Shown here: one piece after another, positions 38,390 to 46,891 of the stretch
Layout of the letters: each line of letters starts with the position of its first letter
How positions within the stretch are numbered: position 1 is the stretch's first letter
Virus record (IMG/VR): IMGVR_UViG_3300021356_000007
Location: 1 to 64,000 of that record
Strand: one strand, 5' to 3'
Length of the DNA stretch: 64,000 bases
Source of the DNA: a virus
Notes under the pieces: model-generated
Told to the model about the DNA's origin: nothing
What the model saw: only the letters and a program-made list of their open reading frames with translations
The model's database searches: none
Made by a program: the position numbers and the translations under genes

Positions 38390-39243
38390 GAGGTGGGGAT
38401 AGCGAGACCACTAAAAAAAGTGTTGATTGATTTTGCAAAGTCAGTTGCTTTCCCCAGCATCTTCTCGTCTACCCCTGTTTCAAAGCCCCAAGCGTGTAGA
38501 TGGCTGACAAGAAGGGCAGTATCAAGATTAGCCCCGCTGCCCTCTGCGAAGGGACAACCACCCAATCCCCCGATGCTAGAATCAAATTGCCTGATACCGG
38601 AAAATAAGCCAGCCCTAACAAGCCTGATTGCCTGTTCTTCTGAGCCTTTATGGTGCAAATGCAGAGCCGGAGTTAGGTCTTCTTCGTATACAATAGAAGC
38701 CCAGTCCTTTACCTCTTGCTCAGTCGCAGCACCAACCGTATCGCTGAGAACTACAGTAGAGCCTAGCATCTTCGCATCTCTGATGCAAGACTTGATTTCT
38801 GACTCAGAAAAACTACCGCTATATGGACTACCAAACGCCATGCTTATGTATACCCTAACTAAATCCTTGGGGTAAGCGTTGAGCATCGTCTTGTACATCA
38901 GAACAATTTCGCTTCGAGTCTTACCCATGTTCTTCAGGTTGAATGTCTCACAAGGGCTGAACACGATGTTGATGTAGTCCATACCTAAATCCATAGCCCT
39001 GTCAAAGCCCCTCTGATTCATGACAAGCCCAGCACCTATGCCAGTCCAAACTTCCTCTGCATCAGCCATCTGCGGCAAGATTTTCGGGTGAGCGAAACTG
39101 ACTTCCTCAATCTCAGTCAGCCCGCTGTCATACAGAAGCCCTATGAGTTTCTGTTTGTCAGAGGTAGGGACAAAGTGCTTGATGTATTGCAACCCATCTC
39201 TAGGACCAACTTCGTAGACTGTGATTTTCATAAGACCGTTCAT
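38386..39243 (-). CDS. hmgL: Hydroxymethylglutaryl-CoA lyase (DRE-TIM metallolyase)
   Basis: YEVGPRDGLQ, EEVSFAHPK..PQMAD, LSDTVG, ALHLH, FDSSIGGLGGCPFAEGSGANLDT. Confidence 0.9.
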   Translation of the reverse strand: MNGLMKITVYEVGPRDGLQYIKHFVPTSDKQKLIGLLYDSGLTEIEEVSFAHPKILPQMADAEEVWTGIGAGLVMNQRGFDRAMDLGMDYINIVFSPCETFNLKNMGKTRSEIVLMYKTMLNAYPKDLVRVYISMAFGSPYSGSFSESEIKSCIRDAKMLGSTVVLSDTVGAATEQEVKDWASIVYEEDLTPALHLHHKGSEEQAIRLVRAGLFSGIRQFDSSIGGLGGCPFAEGSGANLDTALLVSHLHAWGFETGVDEKMLGKATDFAKSINTFFSGLAIPTS

Positions 39244-39368
39244 ACGAGTCCGGTGTAGAAATTAAACTTGTTGGTGATTACTCAAGTAGAAAAACTAGCG
39301 GGCTCTTTGGTATACCAAATTTTCTGTAAAATTTTTTTTGTTGGAACGCCGTGTGCGGTTAAAGGAGG

Positions 39369-39729
39369 CTAAACTCCCGTCTAAACTCCATCCCTCCGTC
39401 TAAACTCAGCCGTCTAAACTGCCGTCTAAACCGCAGTCCCCCAGTCTATAGACCGTATCACAGCGAGCCCGTCTAAACTCCAGTCGCTCGTAGGCGTACC
39501 TCTCGTATGTCATGCGTACCGTTGGTATTCGAAAGGGGCATTGGTGTCCATGTGAGCGAGCCAGCCCACACACTAATCGGGGTACTGCGAGCCAGTCGAG
39601 TACCAGTGGGCGGGCTGGTACTCGTGGGTAGGTGGTGGGGCGTGGGGAGTACCTCCCTCAACCCACGCATATGGGTGGTACATATTGCCCATTACCATAC
39701 TTACACGCCTAAACCCCATGTGTCTAAAC
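39369..39729 (+). repeat. Cluster of short direct repeats: five CCGTCTAAAC, eight CTAAAC cores in total
   Basis: CCGTCTAAAC at 39377, 39396, 39410, 39422, 39469; extra CTAAAC at 39369, 39709, 39724. Confidence 0.9.
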
Positions 39730-39766
39730 GCACGCATATGATTCCTCTGCTAACTGGAAAACGATG

Positions 39767-39810
39767 GACTGAGCCGAACTGGTTATAAAGACCCAACAAA
39801 GGAGATGTTC
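39767..39810 (+). promoter_or_regulatory. Early promoter copy 1
   Basis: GAACTGGTTATAAAGACCCAACAAAGGAGATG; TATA box at 39783. Confidence 0.8.
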
Positions 39811-39933
39811 GCCGAAAACGGCAGTCAACAACCACCTCCCCTCCCCTCCTCGACACATGGGGTGGGGCAGTACACCCTCATGGTGTACTACGGTGGTGTA
39901 CTCGAATGGTTTCGAGTGCATCAGGGTGGTTGT
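39811..39933 (+). ncRNA. Candidate ~125-nt four-way-junction RNA
   Basis: Between promoter copies 1 and 2; 10-bp closing stem enclosing three hairpins with G-U pairs (see findings). Confidence 0.6.
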
Positions 39934-39960
39934 ATATATCCTGCTAAATGATAACCGACT

Positions 39961-40004
39961 GACTGAACAGAACTGGTTATAAAAACCCAACAAAGGATAT
40001 GACT
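39961..40004 (+). promoter_or_regulatory. Early promoter copy 2
   Basis: GAACTGGTTATAAAAACCCAACAAAGGATATG; TATA at 39977; followed by TGCCGAAATCGGCA hairpin like copy 1. Confidence 0.8.
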
Positions 40005-40047
40005 GCCGAAATCGGCAACCAAAACAAAACAAAAAGGAGAGATACAA

Positions 40048-40698
40048 ATGAGTAATAAACACACAATGGAACAACTGAAAGTAACAGGGGTAGCAATACC
40101 TGTGCAATTCAACGCTTGCACAGAGTTAATGAGGCAACATGTAAATGCCAAAGGTAGTGCGAAACTTGCGCTACCTATACAACCTGACGCTTTTGAGAAC
40201 GGTAGGCTTGAATGGGATGACAAGATGAACGACTTTACTAAGGCTGACATCCACAGAGGTCTTGCGGCTATCGTGAAACTGGGTCAAGAACTGAACATAA
40301 CAAATGCAAACGGACTACCAACCGCAGGTAAGGCTGTCGGTTCAAAGGCTATCCTAAGCAGTTACCACACACCTACAAGAGGCAAGAACATAGGCAAGAG
40401 ATTCTTCAACATCTTGATTGTATGGCAGAAGATTAAGCAAGCAGAGAAAGCCAACGCTAACATGCAGGCTCTTGAGGTTGCTAAGAAATTCGGTATGCAA
40501 GTCTATGTCGAAACAGTCACACTGAAAGACGGTTCGCACAGAGCATTCACTGACATCAAGAAAGCAATGGGTGCATATTGCAGACAAAACTTTGGTAATG
40601 AATGGCACAATTCGCCTAACAAAAGATTGTATCAGGCTGAAGCAATGGGTGCTATCATGTCTGCTGATGACGAAAGAATCGTTCACCCACAAGAGTGA
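40048..40698 (+). CDS. First early protein, basic, unknown function
   Basis: AGGAGAG SD, 216 aa, directly behind promoter copy 2. Confidence 0.8.
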   Translation: MSNKHTMEQLKVTGVAIPVQFNACTELMRQHVNAKGSAKLALPIQPDAFENGRLEWDDKMNDFTKADIHRGLAAIVKLGQELNITNANGLPTAGKAVGSKAILSSYHTPTRGKNIGKRFFNILIVWQKIKQAEKANANMQALEVAKKFGMQVYVETVTLKDGSHRAFTDIKKAMGAYCRQNFGNEWHNSPNKRLYQAEAMGAIMSADDERIVHPQE

Positions 40699-40722
40699 AC
40701 CTATCAAACTCATACAGAAGTA

Positions 40723-41065
40723 GTACGGCGTTATGCCGAGACCAACGATTCCCCAGCGGGGAGGGGTAGTAACAATATCCCCCGCATCACATTCCACTGG
40801 AGAGAGAATGCTGACGGGCATGGTGGCGACTGAGGTGTAAGATACCTTATCTCGAAACATCTATCTGTAACACGACCAAAGAATTCGGTCAGTGTTGAAA
40901 ACCGAGGACAACATACGCAAGTATCGAGTCGCCTGTTAGCAGACGGGAATGAACTAATCTCGTAGCGGTGAGAGATAATTGACCGCCGACTGGGTGCGAT
41001 GCCCAGTTATATTCGTGGTTGCTACCCTTCTTGGAAAATAAAGCCACACCCTCGGAGAGCCGTAT
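40723..41065 (+). ncRNA. Candidate ~345-nt structured RNA
   Basis: GC-rich island lacking a credible plus-strand ORF; nested long-range helices with G-U wobbles and a GCAA tetraloop (see findings). Confidence 0.6.
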
Positions 41066-41116
41066 GCAACCAGCATCCTCCACCTACCCACGGCATTTCA
41101 TTATCACATTCCACCA

Positions 41117-41143
41117 GCCTCTTACCTGTAAGGTAATCGAGGC
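41117..41143 (+). terminator. Stem-loop at 3' side of candidate RNA
   Basis: GCCTC-TTACCT/GTA/AGGTAA-TC-GAGGC. Confidence 0.4.
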
Positions 41144-41149
41144 ACTGCT

Positions 41150-41290
41150 AAGAAGTAGTAAGAAATAGTATAGTAATAATACAATTAATACAATATATAC
41201 AACATACTACTTTACTTTATTATAATATTAGGGGCTTACCATATTGTTGTATATTATATTCCGAACATTGAATACATTGAATTAACCATA
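41150..41290. other. Extremely AT-rich intergenic tract
   Basis: Runs such as AATAGTATAGTAATAATACAATTAATACAATATATAC; inverted repeat ATATACAACA/TGTTGTATAT. Confidence 0.7.
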
Positions 41291-41307
41291 AAAAGGAGAC
41301 TGAAAGC

Positions 41308-42045
41308 ATGACGATAGCATTTGTGAAAGGACAAAGAGCAAGAGGAAAGAGACTGATACTAACTGGCGATGCAATAGTAAGACAGTTACATGAACTAGCC
41401 GAGGATATAATCTACCATGATGTAGATGAATACAATAACTTGGGTGACGAATGCCGTGTGCCTCCTGACTATGCCGAGGCTTGTATGCTAGTAGACAATC
41501 TCAGGATAGTCACACAGAAGTTCCAAAAGATAACAGATAAGATTAGCAGGTGGGGCTATCAAAAATACTACGCTCAATCATACAAAGAAGGGAGTACCTT
41601 GAGAGAGATAGATGGCTTCGGACTTGAAGACTGGGAGTCCGAGTATCAAGAGAAAGCACACAGGTGCATGGGCAAAATACAGGAGAAGTTCGACACACTC
41701 ATGGACACAATCAAGAACCTTGAGCCCAGTGACTTGCACGATTCTATTTCCTTTTTCGACCAAAGTTATCAAGCAAGTAGCGGGAGATGGGAATACGAAT
41801 CAACGAAAGTAGTCATTGTCAAAGGGTTCGATGACTTTGGTATCGAGGACAACAGAACACGCTACAAAGATATGACACTCAAAGAAATGCATGACGCACA
41901 AGAGCAAGCGTACTGGGATAGCCTCTCCGATGCACAGAAGCAGAAGGAAGAGGAGTACGCTAAACCTGACATCACATACATGAGAGAGAACGGCTACACT
42001 TCCTTCGCATGTAATGACAACGGTACAATATCCTACTGGAGATGA
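41308..42045 (+). CDS. Early hypothetical protein
   Basis: AGGAGA SD, 245 aa. Confidence 0.75.
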   Translation: MTIAFVKGQRARGKRLILTGDAIVRQLHELAEDIIYHDVDEYNNLGDECRVPPDYAEACMLVDNLRIVTQKFQKITDKISRWGYQKYYAQSYKEGSTLREIDGFGLEDWESEYQEKAHRCMGKIQEKFDTLMDTIKNLEPSDLHDSISFFDQSYQASSGRWEYESTKVVIVKGFDDFGIEDNRTRYKDMTLKEMHDAQEQAYWDSLSDAQKQKEEEYAKPDITYMRENGYTSFACNDNGTISYWR

Positions 42046-42049
42046 TAAC

Positions 42050-42430
42050 ATGAGAACAAAAGCAGAATGGTTCGACCAACAACCAATGATGAAAAAGCGG
42101 GTAGGGAATATTTCATATGAGATATGGGCTAATGGAACATTCGCTTGCACCGCACCTAATGGTGATAGGTTCAAGCATTACGATAGCGCAGAAGATTGGT
42201 TAGTCGCAAGAGGCATCACTAATGATGAAGAGTTAAGCGCAATGCAAAACGGTGAGAAAGAAGGATGGTCTTGCGACATGAACCGTTGGTTCGAGTTAAT
42301 TGTATTCAAGGGTGAAGACAACTGTATGACAGAATTGTATTGTGATGATGTATTCTTTGAATGGGATAAAGAGTATGCAAGCACAGTCATACACGAAGCA
42401 ATCGAGAGAGATAAGGAGGTGAATGTATGA
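42050..42430 (+). CDS. Early acidic hypothetical protein (start reassigned to MRTKA)
   Basis: GGAGATGA SD before ATG 42050. Confidence 0.7.
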   Translation: MRTKAEWFDQQPMMKKRVGNISYEIWANGTFACTAPNGDRFKHYDSAEDWLVARGITNDEELSAMQNGEKEGWSCDMNRWFELIVFKGEDNCMTELYCDDVFFEWDKEYASTVIHEAIERDKEVNV

Positions 42431-42873
42431 ACAACAGTTGGCTAAGTCATAGTACTTGTAAGGTATGCAACCAAAGACTTGAAGCAAGCGGTCATCCCTA
42501 CGGTGATGTATTCCTTTCATGCACATACTGTGGATGGTTCAGCGAGGAAGAGGATGGTGAATCCACATACCTCAACACCGAACCTACCATGAAGATGTCA
42601 GTGGAAGTGATTGACCTCATGAACTATCTTCAATCACAGATGAAACACAACGACACTGTAAATGAAATTACAAGAGCAGTCATGGCTTGCTTGCGTACTA
42701 ATGTGAACAAGGACTACCGCTTACAAATACAAATGTATGATGATGACGGTGAACTTTCATGGGAAGATTACAGTGAGAAAAGATTCGCTACTAAAGCACA
42801 AGCAATTGTGTGGAGAAATAAATACACAGAAGATGAACCATACAACTTCCGTGTACATGAGGTGATTGAATGA
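42427..42873 (+). CDS. Early protein with N-terminal zinc ribbon
   Basis: GGAGGTGA SD; CKVC...CTYCG. Confidence 0.7.
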   Translation: MNNSWLSHSTCKVCNQRLEASGHPYGDVFLSCTYCGWFSEEEDGESTYLNTEPTMKMSVEVIDLMNYLQSQMKHNDTVNEITRAVMACLRTNVNKDYRLQIQMYDDDGELSWEDYSEKRFATKAQAIVWRNKYTEDEPYNFRVHEVIE

Positions 42874-42905
42874 CGACCTCATCGAGTGCTACTAAGGAAT
42901 CGAAG

Positions 42906-42949
42906 GACTGGATAGAACTGGTTATAAAGAAACAATAAAGAAGATGAAC
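42906..42949 (+). promoter_or_regulatory. Early promoter copy 3
   Basis: GAACTGGTTATAAAGAAACAATAAAGAAGATG; TATA at 42922. Confidence 0.8.
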
Positions 42950-42961
42950 GGAGAAATTGAA

Positions 42962-43216
42962 ATGACAATAACAATTGAAGAAAGAAAAGCATTGATGAAA
43001 ACTGACGAAGGAATACTATGCGAGGTACTGATAGACATACTGGATTCACTGGAGGGAGGCGACATCATTGAGGATGCGACCACTCCATTCGAAGCAGGTA
43101 TCATACACACAATCAGTACCTTAACCAAAGCACTACTCGAATCAAGACTTAGGAATCTCCAAGTCCGTAAGGAAATGGATGACATCATTAGGAACAAAAC
43201 AAACACAGAGGAATGA
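42962..43216 (+). CDS. Early hypothetical protein (start probably MTITIE)
   Basis: GGAGA SD before ATG 42962. Confidence 0.65.
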   Translation: MTITIEERKALMKTDEGILCEVLIDILDSLEGGDIIEDATTPFEAGIIHTISTLTKALLESRLRNLQVRKEMDDIIRNKTNTEE

Positions 43217-43656
43217 ACATGAAGATTAAAACAATTTACACAGTAAAACAAAAGCGAGTCGTTGAAGACTATTACAGAGTCGAAGCAACGAGTAAGGCTG
43301 AGGCACTTCGCAAGTTCGAAGATGGCGAACACGGTTATGACTACGAGTCTTACACTGACAAAGAGTACAACCCAAGTGTCGAGAAACTACACGACATACT
43401 TGAGTGTCCTAACAAAGGTGAGGCATGGACAAACATACCTCTCAGTCAAATCGCTGGTATTGATTTCACTAAGTATGGCTGGGGTCTTGACTGGCACTAC
43501 AATGGTAAGTGTCAAGGTGAGAGAACTGACAGCCAAACGCACTGCCACAATTGTAAAAGTTCTATGCTCAGGGGACTCAGATTACTTACACTTGAGGAAA
43601 AGAAATACCTCAAGAGAACTTACTCATTCAATGAGGACTTAAACACAGAGGAATGA
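43213..43656 (+). CDS. Early hypothetical protein bracketed by 21-bp direct repeats
   Basis: ATGA coupling; Cys residues suggest a Zn site. Confidence 0.7.
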   Translation: MNMKIKTIYTVKQKRVVEDYYRVEATSKAEALRKFEDGEHGYDYESYTDKEYNPSVEKLHDILECPNKGEAWTNIPLSQIAGIDFTKYGWGLDWHYNGKCQGERTDSQTHCHNCKSSMLRGLRLLTLEEKKYLKRTYSFNEDLNTEE

Positions 43657-43838
43657 ACATGGAAGAAACAACAGAAGAACTAGCAATATATGTGCTGAGA
43701 TGGCTGGATAGAAACGACCTCAGCATGACTAACCTGAGAGAGATGATGGACTTGATGGCTAACTACAACAGAACACTTGAGGAAGCAAGAGACAGGCAGA
43801 AGGAGAGACAATACCAACACGGTGATACATATGAATGA
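43653..43838 (+). CDS. Early small hypothetical protein
   Basis: ATGA coupling. Confidence 0.6.
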   Translation: MNMEETTEELAIYVLRWLDRNDLSMTNLREMMDLMANYNRTLEEARDRQKERQYQHGDTYE

Positions 43839-44268
43839 TATAAAATACACAGAGACAAACCAAGCAGATACACTGAACAGACTGGACTACCTCTTGCAGG
43901 TAGTCAAAGACAGACAAGCCATGCAGAGAGGTGACGAAGGATGGGAGTACGGCTTCGATAGTGATGCAGAAATCACCATCAGTACAGCGTACGATGGGGC
44001 TCTCATCAGACCATCTAAGACTATGGCTAAGCAATGGATTAAAGATTCATGGAACAGTATGAGAAGAATGTACGACCCTGATAACTTACCCGATTACATA
44101 GAGTCTGTATCTCCTGAGTTCGACCTTGAACTTACGAAGTACGGTACGATTTGGTTGAGACCTCGTGTGAGAACAGAAAGGTCAGAACAAAACAAAGCGT
44201 ACCTTGCTGAAGCACAGCAAGCGAGAGAAGAAATTTATTCAAAGCACTACGGAGATGATGAAGAATGA
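43831..44268 (+). CDS. Early hypothetical protein (start reassigned to MNDIK)
   Basis: GGTGAT SD before ATG 43831. Confidence 0.65.
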   Translation: MNDIKYTETNQADTLNRLDYLLQVVKDRQAMQRGDEGWEYGFDSDAEITISTAYDGALIRPSKTMAKQWIKDSWNSMRRMYDPDNLPDYIESVSPEFDLELTKYGTIWLRPRVRTERSEQNKAYLAEAQQAREEIYSKHYGDDEE

Positions 44269-44435
44269 ATGACGCAGATTGGATAATATTATCACAGGCT
44301 GAAATAGATTACATTGTTAATTGTATGTGGTATTTACAATCCTATAAAGTAAATAGAGAAGAATTAGCGAAGAAAATAACGAGCCTACCTGCTGGTAGAA
44401 AGAGGCTACAATACTGGGGAGATGATGAAGAATGA
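44265..44435 (+). CDS. 56-aa early protein bracketed by 18-bp direct repeats (below track cutoff)
   Basis: MNDADWIIL...YWGDDEE-stop; ATGA overlaps at both ends. Confidence 0.6.
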   Translation: MNDADWIILSQAEIDYIVNCMWYLQSYKVNREELAKKITSLPAGRKRLQYWGDDEE

Positions 44436-44965
44436 CAGAAGAGATACACTTCGAGAAAGAAGCATGTGTACAATGCTTAGGTTGCTACAACGAAGGGAGA
44501 CTGAACTTCAAGTGGGTCAACGCTGAGTACATACAAGAGAACATCCAAGACCTGAACCCATGCAAGCGAGCCGACCATGAAGAATACATGATGGCTGATA
44601 CTAACTTTGGACTGACCCACAAGATGGGTGAGTACCCTGACTGGGAAGTAGTAGCACAGGTGATGGAACTGATTGAAGAACACGGAGAGCCGTTCAAAGT
44701 GTGGCTCACTTACTCAGACACAGACCACTTGGATGTCAGCGAACTTGCTGACATATTCATGGAAGAATATCGTGGCGAAATGTCTGAGAAAGATTACGCA
44801 TACGAATACATAAATTCCATTTACTCACTTTCTGACCTCGACTACATCATTACAGGCAACATCGACTACGAGGGTGTGTGGATTGACCTCAGTCACGGAC
44901 AACACTGGAGTCACACAACTGGCTCACCTAACTATAACACTTACATATTTGAGAGGCGATACTAA
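44432..44965 (+). CDS. ardA: ArdA-like antirestriction DNA mimic
   Basis: CLGCYNEGRLNFKWV, EEYMMADT, MGEYPD, FMEEYRGE..EKDYAYEY, IDYEGVWIDL follow the ArdA pattern; highly acidic. Confidence 0.75.
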   Translation: MTEEIHFEKEACVQCLGCYNEGRLNFKWVNAEYIQENIQDLNPCKRADHEEYMMADTNFGLTHKMGEYPDWEVVAQVMELIEEHGEPFKVWLTYSDTDHLDVSELADIFMEEYRGEMSEKDYAYEYINSIYSLSDLDYIITGNIDYEGVWIDLSHGQHWSHTTGSPNYNTYIFERRY

Positions 44966-45372
44966 TGGGAATAGAAAATTGGAACATGTACGAAATGGAA
45001 GAGAGAGAACTATGGACACCGAGGTTCGGAGGTAACCTAGCAGAGTTCATAAGAAGAATGGTTGAGCAAGAGGGCTTCACACTTGGTAACCTCTTCCCTT
45101 TTTACGAGGGCAGACATCACAACATCATCGAGGGGAAAGGTATTGCTCTTGATGACTACGAAGAGATTGCTTACCAAGCACTGAACTATGAACACACTAA
45201 CCTTGACTTCGAGAAAGAAGGACACGGACAGACTGTATCAATCATGTGCAGTGGAGATGCTTGGTGCGATGTAGTTCCTATCAACGACTGGTCGTTCAAG
45301 AGAGACAAAGAAGATGTGGTTGACAGAGTGTACAACACAATGAGAAAAGAAATCATGGGAGATGAGGCTTGA
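44965..45372 (+). CDS. Early acidic hypothetical protein
   Basis: GAGGCG SD, TAATG coupling. Confidence 0.7.
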   Translation: MGIENWNMYEMEERELWTPRFGGNLAEFIRRMVEQEGFTLGNLFPFYEGRHHNIIEGKGIALDDYEEIAYQALNYEHTNLDFEKEGHGQTVSIMCSGDAWCDVVPINDWSFKRDKEDVVDRVYNTMRKEIMGDEA

Positions 45373-45586
45373 TGGCGTTGCCTCCCGATGGCGACCCAAT
45401 AGACCCCCATGCTTTACCGAGAACTATTGTACAACAAATTACATCTGCTATTTATGAGATTGAATTTAGGAATGACACGGAACTAGGACTGGTTAAGTTA
45501 TACCGCTTACTCAGACACATGGAAGACCCTGAAAATTACTAAGGTGATACTATGACATGGAAAGATAAAGCAATGGAGATGATTGA

Positions 45587-45883
45587 ATGAACAAAGAAGA
45601 ACTAATAGAAATACTACAAAGTAACTACGATGATGAAGCACCCGTTGAGGTGAACGATGAACTGTGGACACTCGCTGACTTGTTCGCACGACAGTACCTG
45701 AACAATGGCGGGGATGGATTTCACATGACAGATGTCAGAGCGATGTATGTATTGTTGTGCAAGAACAAAGAATTGCTTCTTGATAACAACATGATAAGTG
45801 AATCGGCAAGTAACAATTCAGGCTATCCTCTTTGGGATAACTTTGACTTTGACTCATACTACCGAGAGGAGATGATTGAATGA
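45587..45883 (+). CDS. Early acidic protein bracketed by 21-bp direct repeats
   Basis: GGAGATGA SD, ATGA coupling. Confidence 0.7.
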   Translation: MNKEELIEILQSNYDDEAPVEVNDELWTLADLFARQYLNNGGDGFHMTDVRAMYVLLCKNKELLLDNNMISESASNNSGYPLWDNFDFDSYYREEMIE

Positions 45884-46488
45884 ACAAACTAACACAACAC
45901 GAACAAGAAGCAATTGACTGGTGGAATGAAAAACTATCCGAACAAGAGTACCCCTCTGACTACGGGGGAGAGGACTACTGGAAAGATGACGGATGGATTC
46001 TTGCTACCTCTTGGAATCCTTCATTGGGTAAAGTAAATGAGATAGCATTCGATTTATTCAAGCAAGACTTAGAAGAAGAAGAACCTGACAACATTGAGCA
46101 AGTTAGGTTCAAGCACTGGGCTTGTGGCTATGTGCTACAACTGAATGTCAGACCCATCGTTAACAATAGACTAACCAAAGTCGGAGAGATGGTGTACGAT
46201 TACAGCATCAACGATGGCTCGATGGATTACTTTGACTTAGCATACGAGGATGAAAGATACTACGAATGGTGTGCAGAAATGATGAGAGACTATGTTGAGT
46301 GGGAACTCAGAGATGAAGAAGAGTTCGATGACTTGACTGACGAACAATACGAATTGATTACTACCGCACTTGAGCATGAAGAACCCTACGCTACTGTTGA
46401 GTATGATGGTAGTGTATACATAAGTGACAGAAACTTTGACCTAATCACATTCGCAAGAGAGATACTAGCAAAGGAGGAAGAAGAATGA
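45880..46488 (+). CDS. Early very acidic protein
   Basis: RFKHWACGY motif; D/E-rich. Confidence 0.7.
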   Translation: MNKLTQHEQEAIDWWNEKLSEQEYPSDYGGEDYWKDDGWILATSWNPSLGKVNEIAFDLFKQDLEEEEPDNIEQVRFKHWACGYVLQLNVRPIVNNRLTKVGEMVYDYSINDGSMDYFDLAYEDERYYEWCAEMMRDYVEWELRDEEEFDDLTDEQYELITTALEHEEPYATVEYDGSVYISDRNFDLITFAREILAKEEEE

Positions 46489-46775
46489 AAGAAGAAACAA
46501 GAAAGAAATTAGAATACATCGAGAAACAGAAAGAAAAATATCGAAAGTACAGCAAAGAACGATTGATAGAAATGGCCCTAAGTGCTGGTGCTCTTTGGGA
46601 AATCGCAGACAACTGGGGCATGTGTGAAGATGACTATACCATGCACGACCTATACGAAAAACTTGACGAGCGTTATGCTTGGGATGATGGTTGGGATGGA
46701 AGCAGAATTATTCTCAAAGAACTATACACATACACAGAAGAAGATGGATGGATAAGAAAGGAGGAAGAAGAATGA
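46485..46775 (+). CDS. Early protein bracketed by 19-bp direct repeats
   Basis: GGAGG SD, ATGA coupling. Confidence 0.7.
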   Translation: MKEETRKKLEYIEKQKEKYRKYSKERLIEMALSAGALWEIADNWGMCEDDYTMHDLYEKLDERYAWDDGWDGSRIILKELYTYTEEDGWIRKEEEE

Positions 46776-46891
46776 GCAAGAAAGAAGAACAACTGAACGC
46801 ACTAATGATTGACACCGCAGGAACTGAACCACTAACTCAGGGGGAGTGGATGAGCGCAGTGAATATCATCATGCGAATAATGAAACAAGAG

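Noticed and set aside
48-38875. Plus-strand ORFs opposite late genes (e.g. 48..557, 3590..4033, 38315..38875)
   Set aside because: Antisense shadows lacking SD and motifs; only the Cys-rich ORF ending at 29631 retained
39369-39480. Mini-CRISPR array
   Set aside because: 10-bp units with 2-37 bp irregular gaps; iteron-like instead
39828-39933. tRNA gene (cloverleaf shape)
   Set aside because: Stems of 8-13 bp, no 7-nt anticodon or T loop, no D-loop GG, no CCA end
39473-41083. Short ORFs 39473..39670, 39507..39788, 39724..40107, 40354..40860, 40889..41083
   Set aside because: No SD, atypical composition, overlap promoters or structured elements
41056-41094. Group II intron domain V (GAGCCGUAUGC...)
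   Set aside because: Lacks GNRA loop and 2-nt bulge geometry; no domain VI or RT; GCCGUAU pairs better with 40723-40729. Kept only as an Rfam test
40723-41116. RNase P RNA, SRP RNA or tmRNA
   Set aside because: No GAGGAAAGUCC/P4 motifs, no SRP helix-8 motif; the UCCACCA near 41110 is not preceded by a T-arm
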